Sequence record: LR877332
DNA length: 64,000 bases
Source of the DNA: Shigella phage vB_SsoM_JK08
Reading direction: 5' to 3' (one strand)
Positions 8,073-20,046 of this stretch are shown piece after piece. A program made the translations under genes and the position numbers. Position 1 is the stretch's first letter. The number at the start of each line of letters is the position of its first letter. Below the pieces are notes generated by a model. It did no database searches and was not told the origin of the DNA. It saw nothing but the letters and a program-made list of their open reading frames with translations.

Positions 8073-8797
8073 TATAGTACCTTTAGTGTATTTTTAATTT
8101 TAGAAAAAAGTTCTTCAAGAGAACCATCGTTTGTAATTACTAAATCGCCATCACGAATTGGCAATCCAGCTTCTGTAATATGTGTATCATTGGATTTTTG
8201 ACCAGGACGAACTACATGAATTACTGTAGCACCCATCGCCCTAGCCGCATCCATTTCATGATCTTGACGGGTATCAGGAACGATATAATAATCATAACCT
8301 GAGTTAAATTTATCAAGATAATCTAAAGCAAATAATTTTACCCAGTACATGCGGTCGAAGTTATTAACAATCAAATCCGTACCTAGGGCTTGCATCAGAC
8401 GACGGACTGACCATTGATCTTCAATATTATTTATAACGTCAATAATCTTGTTAAATGCTACGGAATTAACTGATTCTTGTCCTTCGTCATCAAAAACAAA
8501 CACACCTTTAATTGGGCTTTTACCATTAAGATAGCAAAATGCTTGTTCCATAATCGTGATTACTTCTAATTTAGTTAGATTTAAATTAGTCTCACGATCA
8601 TAGTCAATTCCTTCAAACTCTTTACGAGTTAAGCAAGGATAGTCGGTATTTGCTGCAAATACTCCCCATGCATAAGCCAATGCATCCTTAATAGGACCAG
8701 CAAGTTGGTATTTAACTGCAGAATAATTGCTCATGATAAAATCAGCAGTAGTATCTTTTCCACTACGCTTTACACCGCTTAAAAAGATTAGTTTCAT
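8072..8797 (-). CDS. 1: deoxynucleoside monophosphate kinase
   Basis: 241 aa, P-loop GVKRSGKDT near N-terminus; length and position match T4 gp1. Confidence 0.9.
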
Positions 8798-8846
8798 ATG
8801 TTTCTCCTCAAATTTAGTTAAGATTATAACACATGAAACTGAAGCA

Positions 8847-9377
8847 TTAAACTTCCGCTATAATTTTTCCATCTTTTTCTACTTGAAAATACGTATAAGG
8901 AATCGTTGCTGTACATACTAAAGCCGGGTCTGAATCTTCTGTGTAGCTAAATTCTACTTCAGATAGGTCAGAAACCCAAGGCTTATAAAAATTTATTGAC
9001 ATCACGATTTCAGTTTTGCTATTATCTAAAATGTAAAGCGTAATGTATTCAGGACCTGTTTTTTGGGCAGTATTTTCACCTGTAAGATAGTTGCTAGTTC
9101 CTAGCATCCATTCATACATTCCTATCCATGACTTAAGTTCTTCATCAACTATAAATCTCACGATGAGTGGATCGTACTCAAATGTAGCACCTGGACGTTG
9201 TGCTCGGCCCAGTCCAAACGGCCCAGTCACGGTATCAGTAACAGGTATTCTAATTCCTGGAATAGGAACTGACTGAGCATTTAAAGTAAAAGCAGATGTA
9301 GTATTACTATGTGGTATTGATACTACAAAGTTAGTTGTATTTGCTTGGTTAAAAATTTGTTGCAGTGCTTGCGACAT
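8847..9377 (-). CDS. 3: gp3 tail tube terminator / sheath stabiliser
   Basis: Start moved to ATG 9375-9377 (GAGGA ribosome-binding site), giving 176 aa as in T4 gp3; the track ORF extends to a TTG at 9458. Confidence 0.8.
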   Translation of the reverse strand: MSQALQQIFNQANTTNFVVSIPHSNTTSAFTLNAQSVPIPGIRIPVTDTVTGPFGLGRAQRPGATFEYDPLIVRFIVDEELKSWIGMYEWMLGTSNYLTGENTAQKTGPEYITLYILDNSKTEIVMSINFYKPWVSDLSEVEFSYTEDSDPALVCTATIPYTYFQVEKDGKIIAEV

Positions 9378-9483
9378 ATATTCCTCATAATGCTTTATAA
9401 CTGTTGGTGGTATAATGGGTCTAAGTCCCTTCCATTCAATTCCATTTAGAACAAACAACAGAAAAGAATGGAAGATAATAGAA

Positions 9484-10308
9484 TTAGATATTTGACCAGA
9501 CTTTGTTTGCAGAGAAACGTTTTCCTTTTGAAACGAACTGCTGAAGTGGCATTAACACAACGTTCGCCCAGTCTTTCGGGGCGATTTCAACAAGGCTACC
9601 CATAATATTACCAGGTATATATGCCTTAATCATTTGGTCTGCACCCCTAAATCCTTTCACTTGACTCCAATCAATTTTTAATTTCGTTTTATTAGTAATA
9701 GTAGGTGTATTTGCATATTGCTTTAAAAGCTCTTCTAGAAACTGTTGACGAGCTTTAGGTGGAATATAGTGCAAGTTCAATCCGTACATTAAATTATGCT
9801 TACCTAAACCAAGGTAAATTATCAAAGGAAATTTATCCCAGTAAGGAAGAGTTTCCTTGTGTTTAGCATCATAAGCAAAAGCATATATTCGTCCCGGCTG
9901 CGGGCGAACAACTTTATGTCCTTTTACTTGCTTAATAGTTTCAGCAAACCACTTTCTGGTTTTATTATTAATTGCTGCGCCTTCATTACGAATTTTATCG
10001 CGCAATGTTTGTCTGAATGAATTTATCATAAGCAGTTGTCTTTCTTGCTTATTGAGTTTATTCATTGGTTTTGATTCAAGCTTTTGAATCTTTTCAGCCG
10101 TTTTAATTCCTGAAGCATATTTTGACATTGCTGAAGTAAACGTAGAGTATTTGATTCCTCTTTCTTCAGCAAATTGCTTTCCTGTCATTCCTTTTGCTTT
10201 GGCCTTTTTATATTCAAGACCTATCTGAATCCATTTCTTTTCGTTTAATGATTGCTTAACCTTTGGAACTTGGGGAGTGCTTTCATTAATTATTTGAAAA
10301 ATAGCCAT
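9484..10308 (-). CDS. 2: gp2 DNA end protector
   Basis: 274 aa, length and order match T4 gp2. Confidence 0.85.
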
Positions 10309-10760
10309 TATGCCCCCTTAAAGCCAAGAGCTCGTAATCCATCTTCTGTCAGAATTCTAAATTTTATTCCACGCTTTTCAGCTAAAGCTTGCGCTGCTTT
10401 CCATTTGTCGGTATTAACAGAATATGTATAAATTTCATTCATAAATCTTTTCTTCGCTGCGGTTGTTAGATGTGCTGGTTTAACTGGTGGTTGTGTTTCT
10501 TTTTTAGGTTTTATTTCAATAAAAAATTCTTGTCCAGAAGAATCTTTCATCCAAATATCCATGAAGTATCTACGTTTTTTCCCTTCTGCATTACAAAAAT
10601 AAGGAATTACTGCTGTTTCACTACCCCATGCAATAATTTCTGGATTTTTATCTAACCATTCAAAAAAGAATTTTTCCCAATTTGATCTATACGTAATTTT
10701 TTTAGGGTCACCTCTATACTTTGATATATTTTTAGGAACCCATTTTCCAGAATATGCCAT
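10308..10760 (-). CDS. 4: gp4 head completion protein
   Basis: 150 aa, length and order match T4 gp4; stop overlaps gp2 start. Confidence 0.85.
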
Positions 10761-10771
10761 TGGATTCTCCT

Positions 10772-10779
10772 TATAAATA
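10772..10779 (+). promoter_or_regulatory. late promoter TATAAATA for gene 53
   Basis: Exact TATAAATA about 30 nt upstream of ATG 10808. Confidence 0.6.
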
Positions 10780-10786
10780 GATAATA

Positions 10787-10794
10787 TATTTATA
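10787..10794 (-). promoter_or_regulatory. late promoter TATAAATA for genes 4-2-3
   Basis: Exact TATAAATA on minus strand about 27 nt upstream of gp4 ATG 10760; divergent from the gene 53 promoter. Confidence 0.6.
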
Positions 10795-10807
10795 AACAGG
10801 AGGGCCC

Positions 10808-11398
10808 ATGCTCTTTACATTTTTTGATCCGATTGAATATGCGGCCAAAACGGTGAATAAAAACGCGCCGACTATTCCTATGACAGATATTTTTAGAAAC
10901 TATAAAGACTATTTTAAACGCGCTCTTGCGGGATACCGCTTACGTACTTATTATATCAAAGGTTCACCACGCCCGGAAGAATTAGCAAATACTATATATG
11001 GAAATCCACAGTTGTATTGGGTTTTATTGATGTGTAATGATAATTATGACCCGTATTATGGATGGATTACTTCACAAGAAGCAGCTTATCAAGCATCTAT
11101 ACAAAAATACAAAAATGTAGGTGGAGACCAAATAGTATATCATGTGAATGAGAACGGTGAAAAATTTTATAATTTAATATCATACGATGATAATCCATAT
11201 GTTTGGTATGATAAAGGTGATAAAGCTAGAAAATATCCTCAATATGAAGGAGCACTTGCTGCTGTTAATACGTATGAAGATGCTGTTCTTGAAAATGAAA
11301 AACTTCGTCAAATAAAAATAATAGCAAAATCAGACATTAATTCATTTATGAACGACCTTATACGTATAATGGAGAAATCTTATGGAAATGATAAGTAA
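10808..11398 (+). CDS. 53: gp53 baseplate wedge protein
   Basis: 196 aa, length and position match T4 gp53. Confidence 0.85.
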   Translation: MLFTFFDPIEYAAKTVNKNAPTIPMTDIFRNYKDYFKRALAGYRLRTYYIKGSPRPEELANTIYGNPQLYWVLLMCNDNYDPYYGWITSQEAAYQASIQKYKNVGGDQIVYHVNENGEKFYNLISYDDNPYVWYDKGDKARKYPQYEGALAAVNTYEDAVLENEKLRQIKIIAKSDINSFMNDLIRIMEKSYGNDK

Positions 11399-13109
11399 TA
11401 ACCTTAATTGGTTTGTTGGTGTTGTTGAAGATAGAATGGACCCATTAAAATTAGGTCGTGTTCGTGTTCGTGTGGTTGGTCTGCATCCACCTCAAAGAGC
11501 ACAAGGCGATGTAATGGGTATTCCAACTGAAAAATTACCATGGATGTCAGTTATTCAACCTATAACTTCTGCAGCAATGTCTGGAATTGGAGGTTCTGTT
11601 ACTGGACCGGTAGAAGGAACTAGAGTTTATGGTCATTTTTTAGACAAATGGAAAACTAACGGAATTGTCCTTGGCACGTATGGTGGAATAGTTCGCGAAA
11701 AACCGAATAGACTTGAAGGATTTTCTGACCCAACTGGGCAATATCCTAGACGTTTAGGAAATGATACTAATGTATTAAACCAAGGCGGAGAAGTAGGATA
11801 TGATTCGTCTTCTAACATTATCCAAGATAGTAACTTAGACACTGCAATAAATCCCGATGATAGACCACTATCAGAGATTCCAACCGATGATAATCCAAAT
11901 ATGTCAATGGCTGACATGCTTCGCCGTGATGAAGGATTAAGACTAAAAGTTTATTGGGATACTGAAGGATATCCGACAATTGGTATTGGTCATCTTATCA
12001 TGAAGCAGCCAGTTCGTGATATGGCTCAAATTAATAAAGTTTTATCAAAACAAGTTGGTCGTGAAATTACTGGAAACCCAGGTTCTATTACGATGGAAGA
12101 GGCGACGACTTTATTTGAACGTGATTTGGCTGATATGCAACGGGACATTAAATCACATTCTAAAGTAGGACCAGTCTGGCAAGCTGTCAACCGTTCTCGT
12201 CAAATGGCGTTAGAAAATATGGCATTTCAAATGGGTGTTGGCGGTGTAGCTAAATTTAACACAATGTTAACTGCTATGTTAGCCGGAGATTGGGAAAAAG
12301 CATATAAAGCCGGTCGTGATTCATTGTGGTATCAACAAACAAAAGGCCGTGCATCCCGTGTTACCATGATTATTCTTACGGGGAATTTGGAATCATATGG
12401 TGTTGAAGTGAAAACCCCAGCTAGGTCTCTATCAGCAATGGCTGCTACTGTAGCTAAATCTTCTGACCCGGCTGACCCTCCTATTCCAAATGACTCGAGA
12501 ATTTTATTCAAAGAACCAGTTTCTTCATATAAAGGTGAATATCCTTATGTGCATACAATGGAAACTGAAAGCGGACATATTCAGGAATTTGATGATACTC
12601 CTGGGCAAGAACGATACAGATTAGTTCATCCGACTGGAACTTATGAAGAAGTATCACCGTCAGGAAGAAGAACAAGAAAAACTGTCGATAATTTGTATGA
12701 TATAACCAACGCTGATGGTAATTTTTTGGTAGCCGGTGATAAAAAGACTAACGTCGGTGGATCAGAAATTTATTACAACATGGATAATCGTCTTCACCAA
12801 ATAGATGGAAGCAATACAATATTTGTACGTGGCGATGAAACTAAGACAGTTGAAGGCAATGGAACTATCCTAGTTAAAGGTAATGTTACTATTGTAGTTG
12901 AAGGTAATGCTGACATTACAGTTAAAGGAGATGCTACCACTTTAGTTGAAGGAAATCAAACTAACACAGTAAATGGAAATCTTTCTTGGAAAGTTGCTGG
13001 GACAGTTGATTGGGACGTTGGTGGTGATTGGACAGAAAAAATGGCATCTATGAGTTCTATTTCATCTGGTCAATACACAATTGATGGATCGAGGATTGAC
13101 ATTGGCTAA
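11382..13109 (+). CDS. 5: gp5 baseplate hub / cell-puncturing protein with lysozyme domain
   Basis: 575 aa; N-terminus MEMISNNLNWFVGVVED; lysozyme-like segment DEGLRLKVYWDTEGYPTIGIGH; C-terminal VxGxxxxx beta-helix repeats. Confidence 0.95.
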   Translation: MEMISNNLNWFVGVVEDRMDPLKLGRVRVRVVGLHPPQRAQGDVMGIPTEKLPWMSVIQPITSAAMSGIGGSVTGPVEGTRVYGHFLDKWKTNGIVLGTYGGIVREKPNRLEGFSDPTGQYPRRLGNDTNVLNQGGEVGYDSSSNIIQDSNLDTAINPDDRPLSEIPTDDNPNMSMADMLRRDEGLRLKVYWDTEGYPTIGIGHLIMKQPVRDMAQINKVLSKQVGREITGNPGSITMEEATTLFERDLADMQRDIKSHSKVGPVWQAVNRSRQMALENMAFQMGVGGVAKFNTMLTAMLAGDWEKAYKAGRDSLWYQQTKGRASRVTMIILTGNLESYGVEVKTPARSLSAMAATVAKSSDPADPPIPNDSRILFKEPVSSYKGEYPYVHTMETESGHIQEFDDTPGQERYRLVHPTGTYEEVSPSGRRTRKTVDNLYDITNADGNFLVAGDKKTNVGGSEIYYNMDNRLHQIDGSNTIFVRGDETKTVEGNGTILVKGNVTIVVEGNADITVKGDATTLVEGNQTNTVNGNLSWKVAGTVDWDVGGDWTEKMASMSSISSGQYTIDGSRIDIG

Positions 13110-13119
13110 TATACTTCCA

Positions 13120-13638
13120 ATGAGCGCTGATTTAGGAGAATCCATGGAAGGTTCTTCTATCGACGTCACCTTTACCGCTCAATTAGAAACAGGTGAAACG
13201 TTAGTATCTATAAATATAACTAGTTACGAAGAAACTCCTGGGGTTTTAGTAGAAGAAAATCGCTTATACGGAACATATGAATCTGTGTTTGGATTTGGAA
13301 ATGACGCGTTGAAATATCGTTTAGGCGATGAATTTAAAACTGCTGCTTCATGGGAAGAACTTCCTACTGATTCTGATACTCAGTTGTATTTATGGAAAGC
13401 TCCTCAAAACCTCCAGAAGACATTCACTTACGAAGTAACATTAATATATGACTACCAAGAACAAAGTGAATCTGGAGGTTCTGGCAGTAATTCTAGGTCA
13501 TCTTCTGATACTACTGAACCGACAGATCCTCCTGCTCCAGTAAGAAAAACTCTCGTTAAAAATTATACTAAAACTATAGTTGGAAATTGGAGTCGTTGGG
13601 CTAATAAATTAAGAAGCTATGTGTATGAGAGGTCATAG
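13120..13638 (+). CDS. 5.1: gp5.1-like hypothetical protein
   Basis: Start set at first ATG after gp5 stop (MSADLGES); the track ORF begins at a TTG inside gp5. Confidence 0.6.
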
Positions 13639-13932
13639 ATGTCAGGATTAAGTTATGATAAATGTGTTACTGCTGGTCATGAAGCATGGCCTCCAACAGT
13701 TGTGAATGCTACACAAAGTAAAGTATTCACTGGAGGAATTGCTGTTCTCGTAGCAGGTGATCCAATTACAGAACATACAGAAATTAAAAAGCCATATGAA
13801 ACACATGGCGGAGTGACACAACCCAGAACTTCTAAGGTATATGTCACTGGAAAGAAAGCCGTTCAAATGGCTGATCCAATATCATGCGGTGATACTGTGG
13901 CTCAGGCATCATCTAAAGTATTCATTAAATAG
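13639..13932 (+). CDS. 5.4: gp5.4 PAAR-repeat spike tip protein
   Basis: 97 aa, same length as T4 gp5.4, immediately after 5.1. Confidence 0.8.
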
Positions 13933-13940
13933 GATTTAAA

Positions 13941-15923
13941 ATGGCAAATACCCCTGTAAATTATCAATTAACAAGAACAGCAAATGCTATTCCCGAGATA
14001 TTCGTCGGGGGTACGTTTGCTGAAATAAAACAAAACCTCATTGAATGGCTTAATGGCCAAAATGAATTTTTGGATTATGATTTTGAAGGCTCAAGATTAA
14101 ACGTTCTGTGTGACCTTTTAGCTTATAATACATTGTACATTCAACAGTTTGGTAATGCTGCTGTGTATGAAAGCTTTATGCGTACTGCTAACTTACGAAG
14201 TTCAGTTGTTCAAGCTGCACAAGATAACGGATATTTACCTACTTCAAAATCCGCTGCGCAGACCGAAATTATGTTAACATGCACCGACGCATTGAATAGG
14301 AATTACATTACTATTCCTCGCGGAACTCGCTTTTTAGCATATGCAAAAGATACTTCTGTTAATCCATATAACTTCGTTTCTACCGAAGACGTTATTGCTA
14401 TTCGTGATAAAAATAACCAATATTTTCCGCGTTTAAAATTGGCCCAGGGACGTATAGTAAGAACTGAAATCATTTATGATAAATTAACACCTATTATCAT
14501 TTATGATAAAAATATTGATAGAAACCAGGTTAAATTATACGTTGATGGAGCAGAATGGATTAACTGGACAAGAAAGTCAATGGTTCATGCTGGTTCTACA
14601 TCGACAATTTACTACATGCGTGAAACTATTGATGGAAATACTGAATTCTATTTTGGTGAAGGTGAAATTTCTGTTAATGCTTCTGAAGGAGCTTTGACCG
14701 CTAATTATATCGGAGGTCTTAAACCTACTCAGAACTCTACGATTGTTATTGAGTACATCAGTACTAATGGTGCTGACGCGAACGGAGCAGTCGGATTTTC
14801 ATACGCAGATACATTAACAAATATAACTGTCATCAATATTAATGAAAATCCAAACGATGACCCAGATTTTGTTGGGGCAGATGGCGGCGGTGATCCAGAA
14901 GATATTGAGCGTATCCGCGAATTGGGTACTATTAAACGCGAAACCCAGCAACGCTGCGTAACTGCGACTGACTATGATACATTCGTTTCAGAGAGATTTG
15001 GTTCTATTATTCAAGCAGTTCAGACTTTCACTGATTCTACTAAACCTGGTTATGCATTTATTGCTGCTAAACCTAAATCAGGTCTGTATTTAACTACTGT
15101 ACAGCGTGAAGATATTAAAAATTATCTCAAAGACTATAATTTAGCTCCTATTACGCCATCAATTATTTCTCCTAATTATCTTTTTATTAAGACTAATTTA
15201 AAAGTCACATATGCTTTAAATAAGCTGCAAGAATCCGAACAGTGGCTCGAAGGTCAAATAATTGATAAAATTGATCGTTATTATACCGAAGACGTAGAAA
15301 TTTTTAATTCATCTTTCGCTAAATCTAAGATGTTGACATATGTAGATGATGCAGATCATTCTATCATTGGCTCATCAGCGACAATTCAAATTGTTCGTGA
15401 AGTACAAAACTTCTATAAAACGCCTGAAGCAGGTATTAAATACAATAATCAAATAAAAGATTGTTCTATGGAATCTAATACGTTTTCATTTAATTCTGGA
15501 CGAAAGGTTGTAAATCCTGATACTGGTTTAGAAGAAGATGTATTATATGACGTTCGCATAGTATCAACAGACCGAGATTCTAAAGGAATTGGTAAAGTTA
15601 TTATTGGTCCATTTGCTTCTGGCGATGTTACAGAAAATGAAAACATTCAGCCATATACAGGCAACGATTTTAACAAATTAGCAAATTCTAATGGACGCGA
15701 CAAATACTATGTTATCGGTGAAATAAATTATCCAGCTGATGTGATTTATTGGAATATCGCTAAAATTAATTTAACATCTGAAAAATTTGAAGTTCAGACC
15801 ATCGAATTATATTCTGACCCAACCGATGATGTTATCTTTACTCGCGACGGTTCACTGATTGTATTTGAAAATGACTTACGTCCACAATACTTAACTATCG
15901 ATTTGGAGCCTATATCACAATGA
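13941..15923 (+). CDS. 6: gp6 baseplate wedge protein
   Basis: 660 aa, matches T4 gp6 length and order. Confidence 0.9.
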   Translation: MANTPVNYQLTRTANAIPEIFVGGTFAEIKQNLIEWLNGQNEFLDYDFEGSRLNVLCDLLAYNTLYIQQFGNAAVYESFMRTANLRSSVVQAAQDNGYLPTSKSAAQTEIMLTCTDALNRNYITIPRGTRFLAYAKDTSVNPYNFVSTEDVIAIRDKNNQYFPRLKLAQGRIVRTEIIYDKLTPIIIYDKNIDRNQVKLYVDGAEWINWTRKSMVHAGSTSTIYYMRETIDGNTEFYFGEGEISVNASEGALTANYIGGLKPTQNSTIVIEYISTNGADANGAVGFSYADTLTNITVININENPNDDPDFVGADGGGDPEDIERIRELGTIKRETQQRCVTATDYDTFVSERFGSIIQAVQTFTDSTKPGYAFIAAKPKSGLYLTTVQREDIKNYLKDYNLAPITPSIISPNYLFIKTNLKVTYALNKLQESEQWLEGQIIDKIDRYYTEDVEIFNSSFAKSKMLTYVDDADHSIIGSSATIQIVREVQNFYKTPEAGIKYNNQIKDCSMESNTFSFNSGRKVVNPDTGLEEDVLYDVRIVSTDRDSKGIGKVIIGPFASGDVTENENIQPYTGNDFNKLANSNGRDKYYVIGEINYPADVIYWNIAKINLTSEKFEVQTIELYSDPTDDVIFTRDGSLIVFENDLRPQYLTIDLEPISQ

Positions 15924-18900
15924 CAGTAAAAGCACCTTCAGTCACTAGTCTCAGAATTTCCAAGTTATCCGCAAATCAGGTGCAAGTACGCTGGGATGAC
16001 GTTGGTGCTAATTTCTACTATTTTGTAGAAATCGCTGAGACAAAAACGAACTCGGGGGAAAATCTCCCGAGTAATCAATACAGATGGATTAACTTAGGAT
16101 ATACTGCAAATAACAGCTTCTTTTTTGATGATGCTGACCCATTGACATCATACATTATCAGAGTAGCTACAGCTGCGCAAGATTTTGAGCAGTCTGATTG
16201 GATTTATACCGAAGAGTTTGAAACTTTTGCTACAAATGCTTATACATTTCAAAACATGATTGAAATGCAATTAGCCAATAAATTCATTCAGGAAAAATTT
16301 ACTCTTAATAATTCTGATTATGTTAATTTTAACAATGACACTATAATGGCTGCATTGATGAATGAATCATTTCAATTCAGCCCATCGTATGTTGATGTTT
16401 CATCAATAAGTAATTTTATTATTGGTGAAAATGAGTATCATGAAATACAAGGTTCTATTCAGCAAGTATGTAAGGATATTAACCGAGTTTATTTGATGGA
16501 ATCAGAAGGAATTCTATATCTTTTTGAGCGCTATCAACCTGTAGTTAAAGTATCCAATGATAAAGGACAAACCTGGAAAGCCGTAAAGCTCTTCAATGAC
16601 CGTGTAGGATATCCTTTATCTAAGACAGTATATTACCAATCTGCGAACACAACATACGTTCTAGGATACGACAAGATTTTCTATGGCCGTAAATCGACTG
16701 ACGTTAGATGGTCAGCAGATGATGTCAGATTCAGTTCGCAGGATATAACATTTGCTAAACTTGGCGACCAGTTACATTTAGGATTTGATGTAGAAATCTT
16801 TGGTACTTATGCGACTTTACCAGCGAATGTATATCGTATAGCTGAAGCCATTACTTGTACGGATGATTATATCTATGTTGTTGCCAGAGATAAAGTTAGA
16901 TATATAAAAACGAGCAATGCACCTATAGATTCTGATCCATTATCTCCAACATATTCGGAAAGGCTATTTGAATCTGATACAATGACTATAACTGGAAATC
17001 CTAAAGCAGTATGCTATAAAATGGATTCTATTGGTGATAAAGTTTTTGCTCTTATTATCGGTGAAGTTGAAACATTAAATGCTAATCCTAGAACGTCAAA
17101 AATAATTGATTCTACTGATAAAGGAATATATGTTTTAAATCATGACACAAAAACGTGGAAAAGAGTTTTTGGCAACACTGAAGAAGAAAGAAGACGTATT
17201 CAACCTGGGTATGCGAATATGTCAACTGATGGTAAATTAGTTTCTCTATCTTCGAGTAATTTTAAATTTTTAAATGATAACGTTGTTAATGACCCTGAAA
17301 CTGTAGCAAAATATCAGTTAATCGGTGCCGTTAAATATGAATTTCCTCGTGAATGGTTAGCTGATAAGCATTATCATATGATGGCATTTATAGCAGATGA
17401 AAAGTCTGATTGGGAAACTTTTACGCCTCAGCCAATGAAATACTACGCAGAACCGTTCTTTAATTGGTCTAAAAAATCTAACACACGCTGTTGGATAAAC
17501 AACTCTAATAGAGCTGTAGTAGTTTATGCTGATTTAAAATACACTAAAGTTATAGAAAATATTCCGGAAACATCACCAGATAGATTAGTTCATGAATACT
17601 GGGATGATGGTGATTGTACGATAGTAATGCCAAATGTTAAATTCACGGGATTTAAAAAATATGCGTCTGGGATGCTTTTTTATAAATCTTCTGGTGAAAT
17701 AATTTCTTATTATGATTTTAACTATCGTGTGAGAGATACAGTAGAAATTATTTGGAAGCCGACTGGAGTATTTTTAAAAGCATTTTTACAAAACCAAGAG
17801 CATGAGACTCCTTGGTCGCCAGAAGAAGAGCATGGATTAGCTGACCCTGATTTAAGACCATTAATTGGCACAATGATGCCTGATTCTTATTTGTTGCAGG
17901 ATTCGAATTTTGAGGCATTTTGTGAAGCATATATTCAATATCTTTCTGACGGATACGGAACTCAGTATAATAATTTACGAAATTTAATTCGTAATCAGTA
18001 TCCACGAGAAGAGCATGCGTGGGAATATTTGTGGTCAGAGATATATAAAAGAAACATTTATTTAAATGCTGACAAACGTGATGCTGTTGCAAGATTTTTT
18101 GAATCACGTAGTTATGATTTTTATTCTACTAAAGGAATTGAAGCATCATACAAATTTCTTTTTAAAGTTCTTTATAATGAAGAAGTTGAAATTGAAATTG
18201 AATCTGGGGCTGGTACTGAATATGACATAATCGTTCAATCTGATTCTTTGACTGAAGATTTAGTAGGACAAACGATTTATACAGCCACAGGAAGATGTAA
18301 TGTTACTTATATAGAAAGAAGTTATTCTAATGGTAAATTGCAATGGACCGTAACTATTCATAATCTTTTGGGAAGATTAATTGCTGGTCAAGAAGTTAAA
18401 GCAGAAAGACTCCCTAGTTTTGAAGGCGAAATTATTCGTGGAGTTAAAGGAAAGGATTTGCTTCAAAACAATATAGACTATATTAATAGAAGTAGATCAT
18501 ACTATGTAATGAAAATTAAATCCAATTTACCTTCTTCCCGCTGGAAATCTGACGTTATTCGTTTTGTTCATCCAGTAGGATTTGGATTTATAGCAATTAC
18601 CCTTTTAACGATGTTTATTAATGTTGGTTTAACTCTTAAACATACAGAGACTATAATTAATAAATACAAAAACTATAAATGGGATTCTGGATTGCCTACT
18701 GAATATGCTGATAGAGTAGCTAAATTAACTCCAACCGGTGAAATTGAGTATGATTCAGTAACAGGCGAAGCAATTTATGAGCCTGGCCCAATGGCTGGTG
18801 TAGAATATCCTCTTCCTGATGACTATAATGCTGAAAATAATAATTCAATATTTCAAGGTCAATTGCCGTCTGAACGACGTAAATTAATGAGTCCCCTATT

Positions 18901-19018
18901 TGATGCTTCTGGAACAACATTTGCGCAATTTAGGGATTTAGTTAATAAACGTCTAAAAGATAATATAGGAAATCCAAGAGACCCTGAAAATCCAACACAG
19001 GTTAAAATAGATGAATGA
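15920..19018 (+). CDS. 7: gp7 baseplate wedge initiator
   Basis: 1032 aa, matches T4 gp7 length and order; overlaps gp6 stop. Confidence 0.9.
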   Translation: MTVKAPSVTSLRISKLSANQVQVRWDDVGANFYYFVEIAETKTNSGENLPSNQYRWINLGYTANNSFFFDDADPLTSYIIRVATAAQDFEQSDWIYTEEFETFATNAYTFQNMIEMQLANKFIQEKFTLNNSDYVNFNNDTIMAALMNESFQFSPSYVDVSSISNFIIGENEYHEIQGSIQQVCKDINRVYLMESEGILYLFERYQPVVKVSNDKGQTWKAVKLFNDRVGYPLSKTVYYQSANTTYVLGYDKIFYGRKSTDVRWSADDVRFSSQDITFAKLGDQLHLGFDVEIFGTYATLPANVYRIAEAITCTDDYIYVVARDKVRYIKTSNAPIDSDPLSPTYSERLFESDTMTITGNPKAVCYKMDSIGDKVFALIIGEVETLNANPRTSKIIDSTDKGIYVLNHDTKTWKRVFGNTEEERRRIQPGYANMSTDGKLVSLSSSNFKFLNDNVVNDPETVAKYQLIGAVKYEFPREWLADKHYHMMAFIADEKSDWETFTPQPMKYYAEPFFNWSKKSNTRCWINNSNRAVVVYADLKYTKVIENIPETSPDRLVHEYWDDGDCTIVMPNVKFTGFKKYASGMLFYKSSGEIISYYDFNYRVRDTVEIIWKPTGVFLKAFLQNQEHETPWSPEEEHGLADPDLRPLIGTMMPDSYLLQDSNFEAFCEAYIQYLSDGYGTQYNNLRNLIRNQYPREEHAWEYLWSEIYKRNIYLNADKRDAVARFFESRSYDFYSTKGIEASYKFLFKVLYNEEVEIEIESGAGTEYDIIVQSDSLTEDLVGQTIYTATGRCNVTYIERSYSNGKLQWTVTIHNLLGRLIAGQEVKAERLPSFEGEIIRGVKGKDLLQNNIDYINRSRSYYVMKIKSNLPSSRWKSDVIRFVHPVGFGFIAITLLTMFINVGLTLKHTETIINKYKNYKWDSGLPTEYADRVAKLTPTGEIEYDSVTGEAIYEPGPMAGVEYPLPDDYNAENNNSIFQGQLPSERRKLMSPLFDASGTTFAQFRDLVNKRLKDNIGNPRDPENPTQVKIDE

Positions 19019-20015
19019 TTCAAGTGTTATCTATCGTGCGATAGTTACTTCAAAATTTAGAACAGAAAAAATGTTGAATTTTTATAATTCAATTGGAAGT
19101 GGTCCGGATAAAAACACTATCTTTATCACATTTGGAAGATCAGAACCGTGGTCATCAAATGAAAATGAGGTGGGCTTTGCCCCACCTTATCCAACCGATT
19201 CTGTATTAGGCGTAACTGACATGTGGACGCATATGATGGGAACAGTAAAGGTTCTTCCATCAATGCTTGACGCAGTTATTCCTCGTCGAGATTGGGGAGA
19301 TACTAGATATCCGGATCCATACACATTTAGAATTAACGATATTGTAGTGTGTAACTCAGCTCCTTACAACGCTACTGAATCAGGCGCAGGCTGGTTAGTA
19401 TATCGTTGTTTAGATGTTCCTGATACTGGAATGTGTTCAATCGCATCTTTAACTGATAAGGATGAATGCCTTAAATTAGGCGGAAAATGGACACCTTCTG
19501 TTAGGTCAATGACTCCTCCTGAAGGTCGAGGAGATGCTGAAGGAACAATTGAACCTGGGGACGGGTATGTATGGGAATATCTTTTTGAGATTCCACCCGA
19601 TGTATCTATAAATAGATGCACGAATGAATATATTGTGGTTCCTTGGCCTGAGGAATTAAAAGAAGACCCGACTAGATGGGGATATGAAGATAATCTCACT
19701 TGGCAGCAAGATGATTTTGGATTAATTTACCGGGTTAAGGCAAATACTATCCGTTTTAAAGCATATTTAGATTCAGTTTACTTTCCTGATGCTGCATTGC
19801 CAGGAAATAAAGGATTTAGACAAATATCAATAATCACAAATCCTCTTGAAGCTAAAGCTCATCCAAATGACCCAAATGTTAAAGCTGAAAAGGATTATTA
19901 TGATCCAGAAGATTTAATGAGGCATTCGGGCGAAATGATTTATATGGAAAATAGGCCACCTATTATCATGGCAATGGATCAGACAGAAGAAATCAATATT
20001 CTGTTTACATTTTAA
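19011..20015 (+). CDS. 8: gp8 baseplate wedge protein
   Basis: 334 aa, matches T4 gp8. Confidence 0.9.
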   Translation: MNDSSVIYRAIVTSKFRTEKMLNFYNSIGSGPDKNTIFITFGRSEPWSSNENEVGFAPPYPTDSVLGVTDMWTHMMGTVKVLPSMLDAVIPRRDWGDTRYPDPYTFRINDIVVCNSAPYNATESGAGWLVYRCLDVPDTGMCSIASLTDKDECLKLGGKWTPSVRSMTPPEGRGDAEGTIEPGDGYVWEYLFEIPPDVSINRCTNEYIVVPWPEELKEDPTRWGYEDNLTWQQDDFGLIYRVKANTIRFKAYLDSVYFPDAALPGNKGFRQISIITNPLEAKAHPNDPNVKAEKDYYDPEDLMRHSGEMIYMENRPPIIMAMDQTEEINILFTF

Positions 20016-20020
20016 ATTAA

Positions 20021-20046
20021 GGGAGCCCATGGGCTCCCTTTTTCTT
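20021..20046 (+). terminator. rho-independent terminator after gene 8
   Basis: Hairpin GGGAGCCCATGGGCTCCC followed by TTTTTCTTT. Confidence 0.6.
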